Part shown: positions 63,831-64,000 of the stretch, one piece after another | Layout of the letters: the number at the start of each line of letters is the position of its first letter | Position numbering within the stretch: position 1 is the first letter of the stretch | DNA from: Callorhinchus milii | Taxonomy: Eukaryota | NCBI RefSeq assembly: GCF_018977255.1 | Contig: NW_024704742.1 | Location: forward strand, 130,574,001 to 130,638,000 | Direction: 5' to 3' | DNA: 64,000 nt | Notes under the pieces: generated by a model | Databases searched by the model: none | Told to the model about the DNA's origin: nothing | Seen by the model: the letters and a program-made list of their open reading frames with translations, nothing else | Program-made: the position numbers and the translations under genes

Positions 63831-64000
63831 GCCCAGAGACACCGCAGGCGACCCCCAGGCCTCGTGTCTCTCTCTGACACGGACTCCCACCCCCTTCCGG
63901 AGCAACTGCTCCGGACACCGAGCCCGGATCCTCCCCCTCACACCCACCCCGGGCCAACAGCACCGCGCGGCCCCCGCGAACATCTCACACCGACGCCGTG

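Larger units (their letters stand above)
62680..64000 (+). promoter_or_regulatory. CpG-island promoter of the next rightward gene (UBAP2 by recalled synteny, not shown by sequence)
   Basis: CpG-dense. Full CRE TGACGTCA 63219-63226, YY1 CAAGATGGCGGC 63233-63244, E-box GTCACGTGAG 63259-63268, CCAAT ~63140, GC boxes. Confidence 0.8.

Noticed and set aside
62972..63983. Long Pro/Gly-rich ORFs on both strands
   Set aside because: They arise from the GC-rich minisatellite and CpG island and show no recognisable domain.

Overview
This is vertebrate genomic DNA. The repeat content (Deu-domain SINEs, abundant L2 and CR1 LINEs) suggests a cartilaginous fish, possibly a chimaera, but that is an inference. 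The window holds one complete protein-coding gene, DCAF12, a WD40 substrate receptor of the CRL4-DDB1 ubiquitin ligase. It lies on the + strand with 9 coding exons from 12312 to 47257 (1356 nt, 451 aa plus stop). All introns are GT-AG and exon phases are consistent. Two further CpG-island promoters with apparent non-coding first exons flank it: one firing leftwards at about 3.3-3.7 kb and one firing rightwards at about 63.2-63.3 kb. By recalled human synteny these would be UBAP1 and UBAP2, but no coding sequence for either is visible. Most other DNA is retroelement: a composite tRNA-Ala/CORE-like/Deu/L2-tail SINE in long and short subfamilies, older SacSINE1/AmnSINE-like copies, L2 and CR1 fragments (some young and nested), a small Tc1/mariner-type MITE and two C-rich minisatellites. 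I found no convincing novel protein-coding system. The best leads are a long hairpin and an adjacent CpG-rich promoter-like cassette in DCAF12 intron 2, a SINE ending 12 nt from the exon 5 acceptor, several templated inverted or duplicated junctions, and repeated same-point truncation of the young L2. Repeat boundaries are read by eye and approximate.
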